Assembly (NCBI GenBank): GCA_964057225.1
Contig: OZ059898.1
Coordinates: 18,848,001-18,912,000 of the forward strand
Length of the DNA: 64,000 nucleotides
Source of the DNA: Auanema rhodensis
Taxonomy: Eukaryota; Animalia; Nematoda
Direction of reading: 5' to 3'
Within the stretch, counting starts at the first letter, position 1, and every line of letters begins with the position of its first letter. The notes beneath the pieces are model-generated. The model was not told the DNA's origin. It was given only the letters and a program-made list of their open reading frames with translations, and ran no database searches. Positions 1 through 14,255 of this stretch are shown piece by piece. The position numbers were made by a program, and so were the translations under genes.

Positions 1-176
1 TATGCTAATTAAGTGTACACGTGATGTGCACTTGGAATGTAACTCGCTTCACGTGAAAGATAAAGAGATGCGGTTTTCAAAATTAGATTCCCCATGTCCA
101 TATTAGTCTAAAAACAAATTTTTATTGATATTGGTGCATGGTAACCATGACTTTGAAATTTACGTGAACTTTAATT
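1..176 (+). repeat. Representative 176-bp monomer (consensus except T36A)
   Basis: Read directly from the sequence. The consensus has 58 G+C out of 176 (33%). Confidence 0.98.
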
Positions 177-1584
177 TATGCTAATTAAGTGTACACGTGA
201 TGTGCACTTGGTATGTAACTCGCTTCACGTGAAAGATAAAGAGATGCGGTTTTCAAAATTAGATTCCTCATGTTCATATTAGTCTAAAAACGAATTTTTA
301 TTGATATTGATGCATGGTAACCATGACTTTAAAATTTACGTGAACTTTAATTTATGCTAATTAAGTGTACACATGATGTGCACTTGGTATGTAACTCGCT
401 TCACGTGAAAGATAAAGTGATGCGGTTTTCAAAATTAGATTCCGCATGTCCATATTAGTCTAAAAACAAATTTTTATTGATATTGGTGCATGGTAACCAT
501 GACTTTGAAATTTACGTGAACTTTAATTTATGCTAATTAAGTGTACACGTGATGTGCACTTGGTATGTAAGTCGCTTCACGTGAAAGATAAAGAGATGCG
601 GTTTTCAAAATTAGATTCCCCATGTCCATATTAGTCTAAAAACAAATTTTTATTGATATTGGTGCATGGCAACCATGACTTTAAAATTTACGTGTACTTT
701 AATTTATGCTAATTAAGTGTACACGTGATGTGCACTTGGAATGTAACTCGCTTCACGTGAAAGATAAATGGATGCGGTTTTCAAAATTAGATTCCTCATG
801 TTCATATTAGTCTAAAAACGAATTTTTATTGATATTGATGCATGGTAACCATGACTTTAAAATTTACGTGAACTTTAATTTATGCTAATTAAGTGTACAC
901 ATGATGTGCACTTTGTATGTAACTCGCTTCACGAGAAAGATAAAAAGATGCGGTTTTCAAAATTAGATTCCCCATGTCCATATTAGTCTAAAAACAAATT
1001 TTTATTGATATTGGTGCATGGTAACCATGACTTTGAAATTTACGTGAACTTTAATTTATGCTAATTAAGTGTACACATGATGTGCACTTGGTATGTAACT
1101 CGCTTCACGAGAAAGATAAAAAGATGCGGTTTTCAAATTTAGATTTCGCGTGTCCATATTAGTCTAAAAACAAATTTTAATTGATATTGGTGCATGGTAA
1201 CCATGACTTTGAAATTTACGTGAACTTTAATTTATGCTAATTAAGTGTACACGTGATGTGCACTTGGTATGTAACTCGCTTCACGTGAAAGATAAAGAGA
1301 TGCGGTTTTCAAAATTAGATTCCTCATGTTCATATTAGTCTAAAAACGAATTTTTATTGATATTGATGCATGGTAACCATGACTTTAAAATTTACGTGAA
1401 CTTTAATTTATGCTAATTAAGTGTACACATGATGTGCACTTGGTATGTAACTCGCTTCACGTGAAAGATAAAGAGATGCGGTTTTCAAAATTAGATTCCC
1501 CATGTCCATATTAGTCTAAAAACAAATTCTTATTGATATTGGTGCATGGTAACCATGACTTTGAAATTTACGTGAACTTTAATT

Positions 1585-4048
1585 TATGCTAATTAAGTGT
1601 ACATGTGATGTGCACTTGGTATGTAAGTCGCTTCACGTGAAAGATAAAGAGATGCGGTTTTCAAAATTAGATTCCCCATGTCCATATTAGTCTAAAAACA
1701 AATTTTCATTGATATTGGTGCATGGCAAACATGACTTTAAAATTTACGTGTACTTTAATTTATGCTAATTAAGTGTACACGTGATGTGCACTTGGAATGT
1801 AACTCGCTTCACGTGAAAGATAAATGGATGCGGTTTTCAAAATTAGATTCCTCATGTTCATATTAGTCTAAAAACGAATTTTTATTGATATTGATGCATG
1901 GTAACCATGACTTTAAAATTTACGTGAACTTTAATTTATGCTAATTAAGTGTACACATGATGTGCACTTGGTATGTAACTCGCTTCACGTGAAAGATAAA
2001 GTGATGCGGTTTTCAAATTTCGATTTCGCGTGTCCATATTAGTCTAAAAACGAATTTTTATTGATATTGGTGCATGGTAACCATGACTTTGAAATTTACG
2101 TGAACTTTAATTTATGCTAATTAAGTGTACACGTGATGTGCACTTGGTATGTAAGTCGCTTCACGTGAAAGATAAAGAGATGCGGTTTTCAAAATTAGAT
2201 TCCCCATGTCCATATTAGTCTAAAAACAAATTTTTATTGATATTGGTGCATGGCAACCATGACTTTAAAATTTACGTGTACTTTAATTCATGCTAATTAA
2301 GTGTACACGTGATGTGCACTTGGAATGTAACTCGCTTCACGTGAAAGATAAATGGATGCGGTTTTCAAAATTAGATTCCTCATGTTCATATTAATCTAAA
2401 AACGAATTTTTATTGATATTGATGCATGGTAACCATGACTTTAAAATTTACGTGAACTTTAATTTATGCTAATTAAGTGTACACATGATGTGCACTTGGT
2501 ATGTAACTCGCTTCACGAGAAAGATAAAAAGATGCGGTTTTCAAATTTAGATTTCGCGTGTCCATATTAGTCTAAAAACAAATTTTTATTGATATTGGTG
2601 CATGGTAACCATGACTTTGAAATTTACGTGAACTTTAATTTATGCTAATTAAGTGTACACGTGATGTGCACTTGGTATGTAAGTCGCTTCACGTGAAAGA
2701 TAAAGAGATGCGGTTTTCAAAATTAGATTCCCCATGTCCATATTAGTCTAAAAACAAATTCTTATTGATATTGGTGCATGGTAACCATGACTTTGAAATT
2801 TACGTGAACTTTAATTTATGCTAATTAAGTGTACATGTGATGTGCACTTGGTATGTAAGTCGCTTCACGTGAAAGATAAAGAGATGCGGTTTTCAAAATT
2901 AGATTCCCCATGTCCATATTAGTCTAAAAACAAATTTTCATTGATATTGGTGCATGGCAAACATGACTTTAAAATTTACGTGTACTTTAATTTATGCTAA
3001 TTAAGTGTACACGTGATGTGCACTTGGAATGTAACTCGCTTCACGTGAAAGATAAATGGATGCGGTTTTCAAAATTAGATTCCTCATGTTCATATTAGTC
3101 TAAAAACGAATTTTTATTGATATTGATGCATGGTAACCATGACTTTAAAATTTACGTGAACTTTAATTTATGCTAATTAAGTGTACACATGATGTGCACT
3201 TGGTATGTAACTCGCTTCACGTGAAAGATAAAGTGATGCGGTTTTCAAATTTCGATTTCGCGTGTCCATATTAGTCTAAAAACGAATTTTTATTGATATT
3301 GGTGCATGGTAACCATGACTTTGAAATTTACGTGAACTTTAATTTATGCTAATTAAGTGTACACGTGATGTGCACTTGGTATGTAAGTCGCTTCACGTGA
3401 AAGATAAAGAGATGCGGTTTTCAAAATTAGATTCCCCATGTCCATATTAGTCTAAAAACAAATTTTTATTGATATTGGTGCATGGCAACCATGACTTTAA
3501 AATTTACGTGTACTTTAATTCATGCTAATTAAGTGTACACGTGATGTGCACTTGGAATGTAACTCGCTTCACGTGAAAGATAAATGGATGCGGTTTTCAA
3601 AATTAGATTCCTCATGTTCATATTAATCTAAAAACGAATTTTTATTGATATTGATGCATGGTAACCATGACTTTAAAATTTACGTGAACTTTAATTTATG
3701 CTAATTAAGTGTACACATGATGTGCACTTGGTATGTAACTCGCTTCACGAGAAAGATAAAAAGATGCGGTTTTCAAATTTAGATTTCGCGTGTCCATATT
3801 AGTCTAAAAACAAATTTTTATTGATATTGGTGCATGGTAACCATGACTTTGAAATTTACGTGAACTTTAATTTATGCTAATTAAGTGTACACGTGATGTG
3901 CACTTGGTATGTAAGTCGCTTCACGTGAAAGATAAAGAGATGCGGTTTTCAAAATTAGATTCCCCATGTCCATATTAGTCTAAAAACAAATTTTTATTGA
4001 TATTGGTGCATGGCAACCATGACTTTAAAATTTACGTGTACTTTAATT
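1585..4048 (+). repeat. Local 7-mer higher-order repeat x2 (1232-bp period)
   Basis: The rare ACATGTG/TTTTCATT/GGCAAAC monomer occurs at 1585 and 2817. The TTAATCTA monomer occurs at 2289 and 3521. Confidence 0.9.
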
Positions 4049-5807
4049 TATGCTAATTAAGTGTACACGTGATGTGCACTTGGTATGTAACTCGCTTCAC
4101 GTGAAAGATAAAGAGATGCGGTTTTCAAAATTAGATTCCCCATGTCCATATTAGTCTAAAAACAAATTTTTATTGATATTGGTGCATGGTAACCATGACT
4201 TTAAAATTTACGTGTACTTTAATTTATGCTAATTAAGTGTACACGTGATGTGCACTTGGTATGTAACTCGCTTCACGTGAAAGATAAAGAGATGCGGTTT
4301 TCAAAATTAGATTCCCCATGTCCATATTAGTCTAAAAACATATTTTTATTGATATTGGTGCATGGTAACCATGACTTTAAAATTTACGTGTACTTTAATT
4401 TATGCTAATTAAGTGAACACATGATGTGCACTTGGTATGTAAGTCGCTTCACGTGAAAGATAAATGGATGCGGTTTTCAAAATTAGATTCCCCATGTCCA
4501 TATTAGTCTAAAAACAAATTTTTATTGATATTGGTGCATGGTAACCATGACTTTGAAATTTACGTGAATTTTAATTTATGCTAATTAAGTGTACACATGA
4601 TGTGCACTTGGTATGTAACTCGCTTCACGTGAAAGATAAAGTGATGCGGTTTTCAAAATTAGATTCCGCATGTCCATATTAGTCTAAAAACAAATTTTTA
4701 TTGATATTGGTGCATGGTAACCATGACTTTGAAATTTACGTGAACTTTAATTTATGCTAATTAAGTGTACACGTGATGTGCACTTGGTATGTAACTCGCT
4801 TCACGTGAAAGATAAAGAGATGCGGTTTCCAAATTAGATTCCCCATGTCCATATTAGTCTAAAAACAAATTCTTATTGATATTGGTGCATGGTAAACATG
4901 ACTTTGAAATTTACGTGAACTTTAATTTATGCTAATTAAATGTACACGTGATGTGCACTTGGTATGTAACTCGCTTCACGTGAAAGATAAAGAGATGCGG
5001 TTTTCAAAATTAGATTTCCCATGTCCATATTAGTCTAAAAACAAATTTTTATTGATATTGGTTCATGGTAACCATGACTTTAAAATTTACGTGTACTTTA
5101 ATTTATGCTAATTAAGTGAACACATGATGTGCACTTGGTATGTAAGTCGCTTCACGTGAAAGATAAAGAGATGCGGTTTTCAAAATTAGATTCCGCATGT
5201 CCATATTAGTCTAAAAACAAATTTTTATTGATATATGTGCATGGTAAACATGACTTTGAAGTTTACGTGAACTTTAATTTATGCTAATTAAGTGTACACG
5301 TGATGTGCACTTGGTATGTAACTCGCTTCACGTGAAAGATAAAGAGATGCGGTTTTCAAAATTAGATTCCCCATGTCCATATTAGTCTAAAATCAAATTT
5401 TTATTGATATTGGTGCATGGTAACCATGACTTTGAAATTTACGTGAACTTTAATTTATGCTAATTAAGTGTACACGTGATGTGCACTTGGAATGTAACTC
5501 GCTTCACGTGAAAGATAAAGAGATGCGGTTTTCAAAATTAGATTCCCCATGTCCATATTAGTCTAAAAACAAATTTTTATTGATATTGGTGCATGGTAAC
5601 CATGACTTTGAAATTTACGTGAACTTTAATTTATGCTAATTAAGTGTACACGTGATGTGCACTTGGTATGTAACTCGCTTCACGTGAAAGATAAAGAGAT
5701 GCGGTTTTCAAAATTAGATTCCTCATGTTCATATTAGTCTAAAAACGAATTTTTATTGATATTGATGCATGGTAACCATGACTTTAAAATTTACGTGAAC
5801 TTTAATT

Positions 5808-6863
5808 TATGCTAATTAAGTGTACACATGATGTGCACTTGGTATGTAACTCGCTTCACGTGAAAGATAAAGTGATGCGGTTTTCAAAATTAGATTCCGC
5901 ATGTCCATATTAGTCTAAAAACAAATTTTTATTGATATTGGTGCATGGTAACCATGACTTTGAAATTTACGTGAACTTTAATTTATGCTAATTAAATGTA
6001 CACGTGATGTGCACTTGGTATGTAAGTCGCTTCACGTGAAAGATAAAGAGATGCGGTTTTCAAAATTAGATTCCCCATGTCCATATTAGTCTAAAAACAA
6101 ATTTTTATTGATATTGGTGCATGGCAACCATGACTTTAAAACTTACGTGTACTTTAATTTATGCTAATTAAGTGTACACGTGATGTGCACTTGGAATGTA
6201 ACTCGCTTCACGTGAAAGATAAATGGATGCGGTTTTCAAAATTAGATTCCTCATGTTCATATTAGTCTAAAAACGAATTTTTATTGATATTGATGCATGG
6301 TAACCATGACTTTAAAATTTACGTGAACTTTAATTTATGCTAATTAAGTGTACACATGATGTGCACTTGGTATGTAACTCGCTTCACGTGAAAGATAAAG
6401 TGATGCGGTTTTCAAAATTAGATTCCGCATGTCCATATTAGTCTAAAAACAAATTTTTATTGATATTGGTGCATGGTAACCATGACTTTGAAATTTACGT
6501 GAACTTTAATTCATGCTAATTAAATGTACACGTGATGTGCACTTGGTATGTAAGTCGCTTCACGTGAAAGATAAAGAGATGCGGTTTTCAAAATTAGATT
6601 CCCCATGTCCATATTAGTCTAAAAACAAATTTTTATTGATATTGGTGCATGGCAACCATGACTTTAAAACTTACGTGTACTTTAATTTATGCTAATTAAG
6701 TGTACACGTGATGTGCACTTGGAATGTAACTCGCTTCACGTGAAAGATAAATGGATGCGGTTTTCAAAATTAGATTCCTCATGTTCATATTAGTCTAAAA
6801 ACGAATTTTTATTGATATTGATGCATGGTAACCATGACTTTAAAATTTACGTGAACTTTAATT
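5808..6863 (+). repeat. Local 3-mer higher-order repeat x2 (528-bp period); also present at 38365-39420
   Basis: The TAAATGTAC...AAAACTT monomer occurs at 5984 and 6512 with the same neighbours. Confidence 0.85.
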
Positions 6864-9800
6864 TATGCTAATTAAGTGTACACATGATGTGCACTTTGTA
6901 TGTAACTCGCTTCACGAGAAAGATAAAAAGATGCGGTTTTCAAAATTAGATTCCCCATGTCCATATTAGTCTAAAAACAAATTTTTATTGATATTGGTGC
7001 ATGGTAACCATGACTTTGAAATTTACGTGAACTTTAATTTATGCTAATTAAGTGTACACATGATGTGCACTTGGTATGTAACTCGCTTCACGAGAAAGAT
7101 AAAAAGATGCGGTTTTCAAATTTAGATTTCGCGTGTCCATATTAGTCTAAAAACAAATTTTAATTGATATTGGTGCATGGTAACCATGACTTTGAAATTT
7201 ACGTGAACTTTAATTTATGCTAATTAAGTGTACACGTGATGTGCACTTGGTATGTAACTCGCTTCACGTGAAAGATAAAGAGATGCGGTTTTCAAAATTA
7301 GATTCCTCATGTTCATATTAGTCTAAAAACGAATTTTTATTGATATTGATGCATGGTAACCATGACTTTAAAATTTACGTGAACTTTAATTTATGCTAAT
7401 TAAGTGTACACATGATGTGCACTTGGTATGTAACTCGCTTCACGTGAAAGATAAAGAGATGCGGTTTTCAAAATTAGATTCCCCATGTCCATATTAGTCT
7501 AAAAACAAATTTTTATTGATATTGGTGCATGGCAACCATGACTTTAAAATTTACGTGTACTTTAATTTATGCTAATTAAGTGTACACGTGATGTGCACTT
7601 GGAATGTAACTCGCTTCACGTGAAAGATAAATGGATGCGGTTTTCAAAATTAGATTCCTCATGTTCATATTAGTCTAAAAACGAATTTTTATTGATATTG
7701 ATGCATGGTAACCATGACTTTAAAATTTACGTGAACTTTAATTTATGCTAATTAAGTGTACACATGATGTGCACTTGGTATGTAACTCGCTTCACGAGAA
7801 AGATAAAAAGATGCGGTTTTCAAATTTCGATTTCGCGTGTCCATATTAGTCTAAAAACAAATTCTTATTGATATTGGTGCATGGTAACCATGACTTTGAA
7901 ATTTACGTGAACTTTAATTTATGCTAATTAAGTGTACACGTGATGTGCACTTGGTATGTAAGTCGCTTCACGTGAAAGATAAAGAGATGCGGTTTTCAAA
8001 ATTAGATTCCCCATGTCCATATTAGTCTAAAAACAAATTTTTATTGATATTGGTGCATGGCAACCATGACTTTAAAATTTACGTGTACTTTAATTCATGC
8101 TAATTAAGTGTACACGTGATGTGCACTTGGAATGTAACTCGCTTCACGTGAAAGATAAATGGATGCGGTTTTCAAAATTAGATTCCTCATGTTCATATTA
8201 GTCTAAAAACGAATTTTTATTGATATTGATGCATGGTAACCATGACTTTAAAATTTACGTGAACTTTAATTTATGCTAATTAAGTGTACACATGATGTGC
8301 ACTTGGTATGTAACTCGCTTCACGAGAAAGATAAAAAGATGCGGTTTTCAAATTTAGATTTCGCGTGTCCATATTAGTCTAAAAACAAATTTTTATTGAT
8401 ATTGGTGCATGGTAACCATGACTTTGAAATTTACGTGAACTTTAATTTATGCTAATTAAGTGTACACGTGATGTGCACTTAGTATGTAAGTCGCTTCACG
8501 TGAAAGATAAAGAGATGCGGTTTTCAAAATTAGATTCCCCATGTCCATATTAGTCTAAAAACAAATTTTTATTGATATTGGTGCATGGCAACCATGACTT
8601 TAAAATTTACGTGTACTTTAATTTATGCTAATTAAGTGTACACGTGATGTGCACTTGGTATGTAACTCGCTTCACGTGAAAGATAAAGAGATGCGGTTTT
8701 CAAAATTAGATTCCCCATGTCCATATTAGTCTAAAAACAAATTTTTATTGATATTGGTGCATGGTAACCATGACTTTGAAATTTACGTGAACTTTAATTT
8801 ATGCTAATTAAGTGTACACATGATGTGCACTTGGTATGTAACTCGCTTCACGAGAAAGATAAAAAGATGCGGTTTTCAAATTTAGATTTCGCGTGTCCAT
8901 ATTAGTCTAAAAACAAATTTTTATTGATATTGGTGCATGGTAACCATGACTTTGAAATTTACGTGAACTTTAATTTATGCTAATTAAGTGTACACGTGAT
9001 GTGCACTTGGTATGTAACTCGCTTCACGTGAAAGATAAAGAGATGCGGTTTTCAAAATTAGATTCCTCATGTTCATATTAGTCTAAAAACAAATTTTTAT
9101 TGATATTGATGCATGGTAACCATGACTTTAAAATTTACGTGAACTTTAATTTATGCTAATTAAGTGTACACATGATGTGCACTTGGTATGTAACTCGCTT
9201 CACGTCAAAGATAAAGAGATGCGGTTTTCAAAATTAGATTCCCCATGTCCATATTAGTCTAAAAACAAATTTTTATTGATATTGGTGCATGGTAACCATG
9301 ACTTTGAAATTTACGTGAACTTTAATTTATGCTAATTAAGTGTACACATGATGTGCACTTGGTATGTAACTCGCTTCACGTGAAAGATAAAGAGATGCGG
9401 TTTTCAAAATTAGATTCCCCATGTCCATATTAGTCTAAAAACAAATTTTTATTGATATTGGTGCATGGTAACCATGACTTTGAAATTTACGTGAACTTTA
9501 ATTTATGCTAATTAAGTGTACACGTGATGTGCACTTGGTATGTAACTCGCTTCACGTGAAAGATAAAGAGATGCGGTTTTCAAAATTAGATTCCCCATGT
9601 CCATATTAGTCTAAAAACATATTTTTATTGATATTGGTGCATGGTAACCATGACTTTGAAATTTACGTGAATTTTAATTTATGCTAATTAAGTGTACACA
9701 TGATGTGCACTTGGTATGTAACTCGCTTCACGTGAAAGATAAAGTGATGCGGTTTTCAAAATTAGATTCCGCATGTCCATATTAGTCTAAAAACAAATTT

Positions 9801-10735
9801 TTATTGATATTGGTGCATGGTAACCATGACTTTGAAATTTACGTGAACTTTAATTTATGCTAATTAAGTGTACACGTGATGTGCACTTGGTATGTAACTC
9901 GCTTCACGTGAAAGATAAAGAGATGCGGTTTTCAAAATTAGATTCCCCATGTCCATATTAGTCTAAAAACATATTTTTATTGATATTGGTGCATGGTAAC
10001 CATGACTTTGAAATTTACGTGAATTTTAATTTATGCTAATTAAGTGTACACATGATGTGCACTTGGTATGTAACTCGCTTCACGTGAAAGATAAAGTGAT
10101 GCGGTTTTCAAAATTAGATTCCGCATGTCCATATTAGTCTAAAAACAAATTTTTATTGATATTGGTGCATGGTAACCATGACTTTGAAATTTACGTGAAC
10201 TTTAATTTATGCTAATTAAGTGTACACGTGATGTGCACTTGGTATGTAACTCGCTTCACGTGAAAGATAAAGAGATGCGGTTTTCAAAATTAGATTCCCC
10301 ATGTCCATATTAGTCTAAAAACAAATTTTTATTGATATTGGTGCATGGTAACCATGACTTTGAAATTTACGTGAACTTTAATTTATGCTAATTAAGTGTA
10401 CACATGATGTGCACTTGGTATGTAACTCGCTTCACGAGAAAGATAAAAAGATGCGGTTTTCAAATTTCGATTTCGCGTGTCCATATTAGTCTAAAAACAA
10501 ATTTTTATTGATATTGGTGCATGGTAACCATGACTTTGAAATTTACGTGAACTTTAATTTATGCTAATTAAGTGTACACGTGATGTGCACTTGGTATGTA
10601 ACTCGCTTCACGTGAAAGATAAAGAGATGCGGTTTTCAAAATTAGATTCCGCATGTCCATAGTAGTCTAAAAACAAATTTTTATTGATATTGGTGCATGG
10701 TAACCATGACTTTGAAATTTACGTGAACTTTAATT

Positions 10736-13700
10736 TATGCTAATTAAGTGTACACGTGATGTGCACTTGGTATGTAACTCGCTTCACGTGAAAGATAAAG
10801 AGATGCGGTTTTCAAAATTAGATTCCCCATGTCCATATTAGTCTAAAAACATATTTTTATTGATATTGGTGCATGGTAACCATGACTTTGAAATTTACGT
10901 GAATTTTAATTTATGCTAATTAAGTGTACACATGATGTGCACTTGGTATGTAACTCGCTTCACGTGAAAGATAAAGTGATGCGGTTTTCAAAATTAGATT
11001 CCGCATGTCCATATTAGTCTAAAAACAAATTTTTATTGATATTGGTGCATGGTAACCATGACTTTGAAATTTACGTGAACTTTAATTTATGCTAATTAAG
11101 TGTACACGTGATGTGCACTTGGTATGTAACTCGCTTCACGTGAAAGATAAAGAGATGCGGTTTTCAAAATTAGATTCCCCATGTCCATATTAGTCTAAAA
11201 ACAAATTCTTCTTGATATTGGTGCATGGTAACCATGACTTTAAAATTTACGTGTACTTTAATTTATGCTAATTAAGTGAACACATGATGTGCACTTGGTA
11301 TGTAAGTCGCTTCACGTGAAAGATAAAGAGATGCGGTTTTCAAAATTAGATTCCGCATGTCCATATTAGTCTAAAAACAAATTTTTATTGATATATGTGC
11401 ATGGTAAACATGACTTTGAAGTTTACGTGAACTTTAATTTATGCTAATTAAGTGTACACGTGATGTGCACTTGGTATGTAACTCGCTTCACGTGAAAGAT
11501 AAAGAGATGCGGTTTTCAAAATTAGATTCCCCATGTCCATATTAGTCTAAAATCAAATTTTTATTGATATTGGTGCATGGTAACCATGACTTTGAAATTT
11601 ACGTGAACTTTAATTTATGCTAATTAAGTGTACACGTGATGTGCACTTGGAATGTAACTCGCTTCACGTGAAAGATAAAGAGATGCGGTTTTCAAAATTA
11701 GATTCCCCATGTCCATATTAGTCTAAAAACAAATTTTTATTGATATTGGTGCATGGTAACCATGACTTTGAAATTTACGTGAACTTTAATTTATGCTAAT
11801 TAAGTGTACACATGATGTGCACTTGGTATGTAACTCGCTTCACGAGAAAGATAAAAAGATGCGGTTTTCAAATTTAGATTTCGCGTGTCCATATTAGTCT
11901 AAAAACAAATTTTAATTGATATTGGTGCATGGTAACCATGACTTTGAAATTTACGTGAACTTTAATTTATGCTAATTAAGTGTACACGTGATGTGCACTT
12001 GGTATGTAACTCGCTTCACGTGAAAGATAAATGGATGCCGTTTTCAAAATTAGATTCCTCATGTTCATATTAGTCTAAAAACGAATTTTTATTGATATTG
12101 ATGCATGGTAACCATGACTTTAAAATTTACGTGAACTTTAATTTATGCTAATTAAGTGTACACATGATGTGCACTTTGTATGTAACTCGCTTCACGAGAA
12201 AGATAAAAAGATGCGGTTTTCAAAATTAGATTCCCCATGTCCATATTAGTCTAAAAACAAATTTTTATTGATATTGGTGCATGGTAACCATGACTTTGAA
12301 ATTTACGTGAACTTTAATTTATGCTAATTAAGTGTACACATGATGTGCACTTGGTATGTAACTCGCTTCACGAGAAAGATAAAAAGATGCGGTTTTCAAA
12401 TTTAGATTTCGCGTGTCCATATTAGTCTAAAAACAAATTTTAATTGATATTGGTGCATGGTAACCATGACTTTGAAATTTACGTGAACTTTAATTTATGC
12501 TAATTAAGTGTACACGTGATGTGCACTAGGTATGTAACTCGCTTCACGTGAAAGATAAAGAGATGCGGTTTTCAAAATTAGATTCCCCATGTCCATATTA
12601 GTCTAAAAACATATTTTTATTGATATTGGTGCATGGTAACCATGACTTTGAAATTTACGTGAATTTTAATTTATGCTAATTAAGTGTACACATGATGTGC
12701 ACTTGGTATGTAACTCGCTTCACGTGAAAGATAAAGTGATGCGGTTTTCAAAATTAGATTCCGCATGTCCATATTAGTCTAAAAACAAATTTTTATTGAT
12801 ATTGGTGCATGGTAACCATGACTTTGAAATTTACGTGAACTTTAATTTATGCTAATTAAGTGTACACGTGATGTGCACTTGGTATGTAACTCGCTTCACG
12901 TGAAAGATAAAGAGATGCGGTTTTCAAAATTAGATTCCCCATGTCCATATTAGTCTAAAAACATATTTTTATTGATATTGGTGCATGGTAACCATGACTT
13001 TGAAATTTACGTGAATTTTAATTTATGCTAATTAAGTGTACACATGATGTGCACTTGGTATGTAACTCGCTTCACGTGAAAGATAAAGTGATGCGGTTTT
13101 CAAAATTAGATTCCGCATGTCCATATTAGTCTAAAAACAAATTTTTATTGATATTGGTGCATGGTAACCATGACTTTGAAATTTACGTGAACTTTAATTT
13201 ATGCTAATTAAGTGTACACGTGATGTGCACTTGGTATGTAACTCGCTTCACGTGAAAGATAAAGAGATGCGGTTTTCAAAATTAGATTCCCCATGTCCAT
13301 ATTAGTCTAAAAACAAATTCTTCTTGATATTGGTGCATGGTAACCATGACTTTAAAATTTACGTGTACTTTAATTTATGCTAATTAAGTGAACACATGAT
13401 GTGCACTTGGTATGTAAGTCGCTTCACGTGAAAGATAAAGAGATGCGGTTTTCAAAATTAGATTCCGCATGTCCATATTAGTCTAAAAACAAATTTTTAT
13501 TGATATATGTGCATGGTAAACATGACTTTGAAGTTTACGTGAACTTTAATTTATGCTAATTAAGTGTACACGTGATGTGCACTTGGTATGTAACTCGCTT
13601 CACGTGAAAGATAAAGAGATGCGGTTTTCAAAATTAGATTCCCCATGTCCATATTAGTCTAAAATCAAATTTTTATTGATATTGGTGCATGGTAACCATG

Positions 13701-14255
13701 ACTTTGAAATTTACGTGAACTTTAATTTATGCTAATTAAGTGTACACGTGATGTGCACTTGGAATGTAACTCGCTTCACGTGAAAGATAAAGAGATGCGG
13801 TTTTCAAAATTAGATTCCCCATGTCCATATTAGTCTAAAAACAAATTTTTATTGATATTGGTGCATGGTAACCATGACTTTGAAATTTACGTGAACTTTA
13901 ATTTATGCTAATTAAGTGTACACATGATGTGCACTTGGTATGTAACTCGCTTCACGAGAAAGATAAAAAGATGCGGTTTTCAAATTTAGATTTCGCGTGT
14001 CCATATTAGTCTAAAAACAAATTTTAATTGATATTGGTGCATGGTAACCATGACTTTGAAATTTACGTGAACTTTAATTTATGCTAATTAAGTGTACACG
14101 TGATGTGCACTTGGTATGTAACTCGCTTCACGTGAAAGATAAAGAGATGCGGTTTTCAAAATTAGATTCCTCATGTTCATATTAGTCTAAAAACGAATTT
14201 TTATTGATATTGATGCATGGTAACCATGACTTTAAAATTTACGTGAACTTTAATT
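10736..14255 (+). repeat. Partial 12-mer higher-order repeat (2112-bp period); also present at 43821-47340
   Basis: The run ATTCTTCTT monomer / GTGAACAC-ATATATGTG-GAAGTTT monomer / AAAATCAA monomer starts at 11088 and again at 13200. Confidence 0.8.

Noticed and set aside
1-176. Assignment to Brassica CentBr, Arabidopsis CEN178, alpha satellite or honeybee AluI repeat
   Set aside because: Only the length is similar. The sequence does not resemble those I recall, and it has no AAGCTT/AGCT site and no CENP-B box (TTCG....A..CGGG).
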